A stretch of DNA of 54,264 nucleotides from a virus (lineage: Duplodnaviria; Caudoviricetes), in IMG/VR virus record IMGVR_UViG_3300025141_000126, positions 1 to 54,264 of that record; one strand, given 5' to 3'. How positions within the stretch are numbered: the stretch's first letter is position 1; every line of letters starts with the position of its first letter. The position numbers were made by a program, and so were the translations under genes. The notes under the pieces were generated by a model. That model made no database searches and was not told the DNA's origin. It saw only the letters and a program-made list of their open reading frames with translations. Of this stretch, positions 53,727 through 54,264 are shown one piece after another.

Positions 53727-54264
53727 ATGGCATCAACCGCCTACAATTACCTCGACATCTACGACGGCACGCCATCGGGTGCGGCTGGTGTAATCCTGAA
53801 TGATAACTTCAGCGACATCAGCGACTTGACGCTCGACTCGATCCAGGGTTTGCATACCAGCAACGGTACGGACTCGGACCATGACATTGACATCACCACA
53901 GGTGCGGCGACGGACTCGACCAATGCATCTGTGCTTGTGCTTTCATCTGCCATCACCAAGCAGATAGACGCCTCATGGAGCGTAGGCACGGCGGCGGGAG
54001 GGCTTGATACGGGATCAGTTTCAACGTCAACTTGGTATGCCATATTCTTGATTAAACGGTCGGATACGGGCGTGGTTGATGCTTTATTTAGTACGTCGTT
54101 TAGTTCGCCCACAATGCCAACGAACTATGACTCCAAACGATACATCGGGGCTGTTCTCACTGACGCATCTGCCAACATCTTGGCATACAGCCAAAAGGGC
54201 GACACATTTAGGTTTGAGATTTTTTTTAATGACCTATTAGACGCCACACCGGCAACATCATTCA
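53727..54264 (+). CDS. Tail fibre/receptor-binding-like protein, 3'-truncated
   Basis: MASTAYNY...HDIDITTG...TKQIDASWSVG...GGLDTG...TWYAIFLIKRSDTGVVD...KRYIG; open to the window end. Confidence 0.7.
   Translation, partial: MASTAYNYLDIYDGTPSGAAGVILNDNFSDISDLTLDSIQGLHTSNGTDSDHDIDITTGAATDSTNASVLVLSSAITKQIDASWSVGTAAGGLDTGSVSTSTWYAIFLIKRSDTGVVDALFSTSFSSPTMPTNYDSKRYIGAVLTDASANILAYSQKGDTFRFEIFFNDLLDATPATSF

Noticed and set aside
1-54264. tRNA/rRNA genes or an alternative genetic code
   Set aside because: No cloverleaf noticed by eye (tRNAscan not run); core genes are intact in code 11 and use all three stop codons

Overview
A large part of a tailed dsDNA phage genome, probably short-tailed and probably infecting a Planctomycete (host inferred from recalled similarity of the RimI-like and 19478-19861 proteins). 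The window starts at the end of the virion module, with large internal-virion-like proteins, one carrying a ParB-like domain. A rightward arm follows with an ERF-like recombinase, SF2 helicase, DUF6745-like protein plus partner, phosphoesterase, HNH, RusA, RimI-like GNAT, a C1-peptidase putative lysis cassette and a sigma factor. A leftward arm carries an SNF2-like helicase, a serine recombinase, many small early genes and a GP88-like protein, and starts from a repeat-rich divergence region at about 34.3-35.1 kb. The second rightward arm carries queC/queE/TGT-like genes, FkbM, SSB, scaffold, capsid, decoration, glycosyltransferase, terminase, portal and the start of a tail fibre. The most striking unexplained feature is a family of about 35 divergent ~55-75 aa ORFs, many starting M-D-D-T, in translationally coupled arrays on both strands; a similar segment sits inside the DUF6745-like protein. 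Family assignments come from motif recognition by eye, not database searches.
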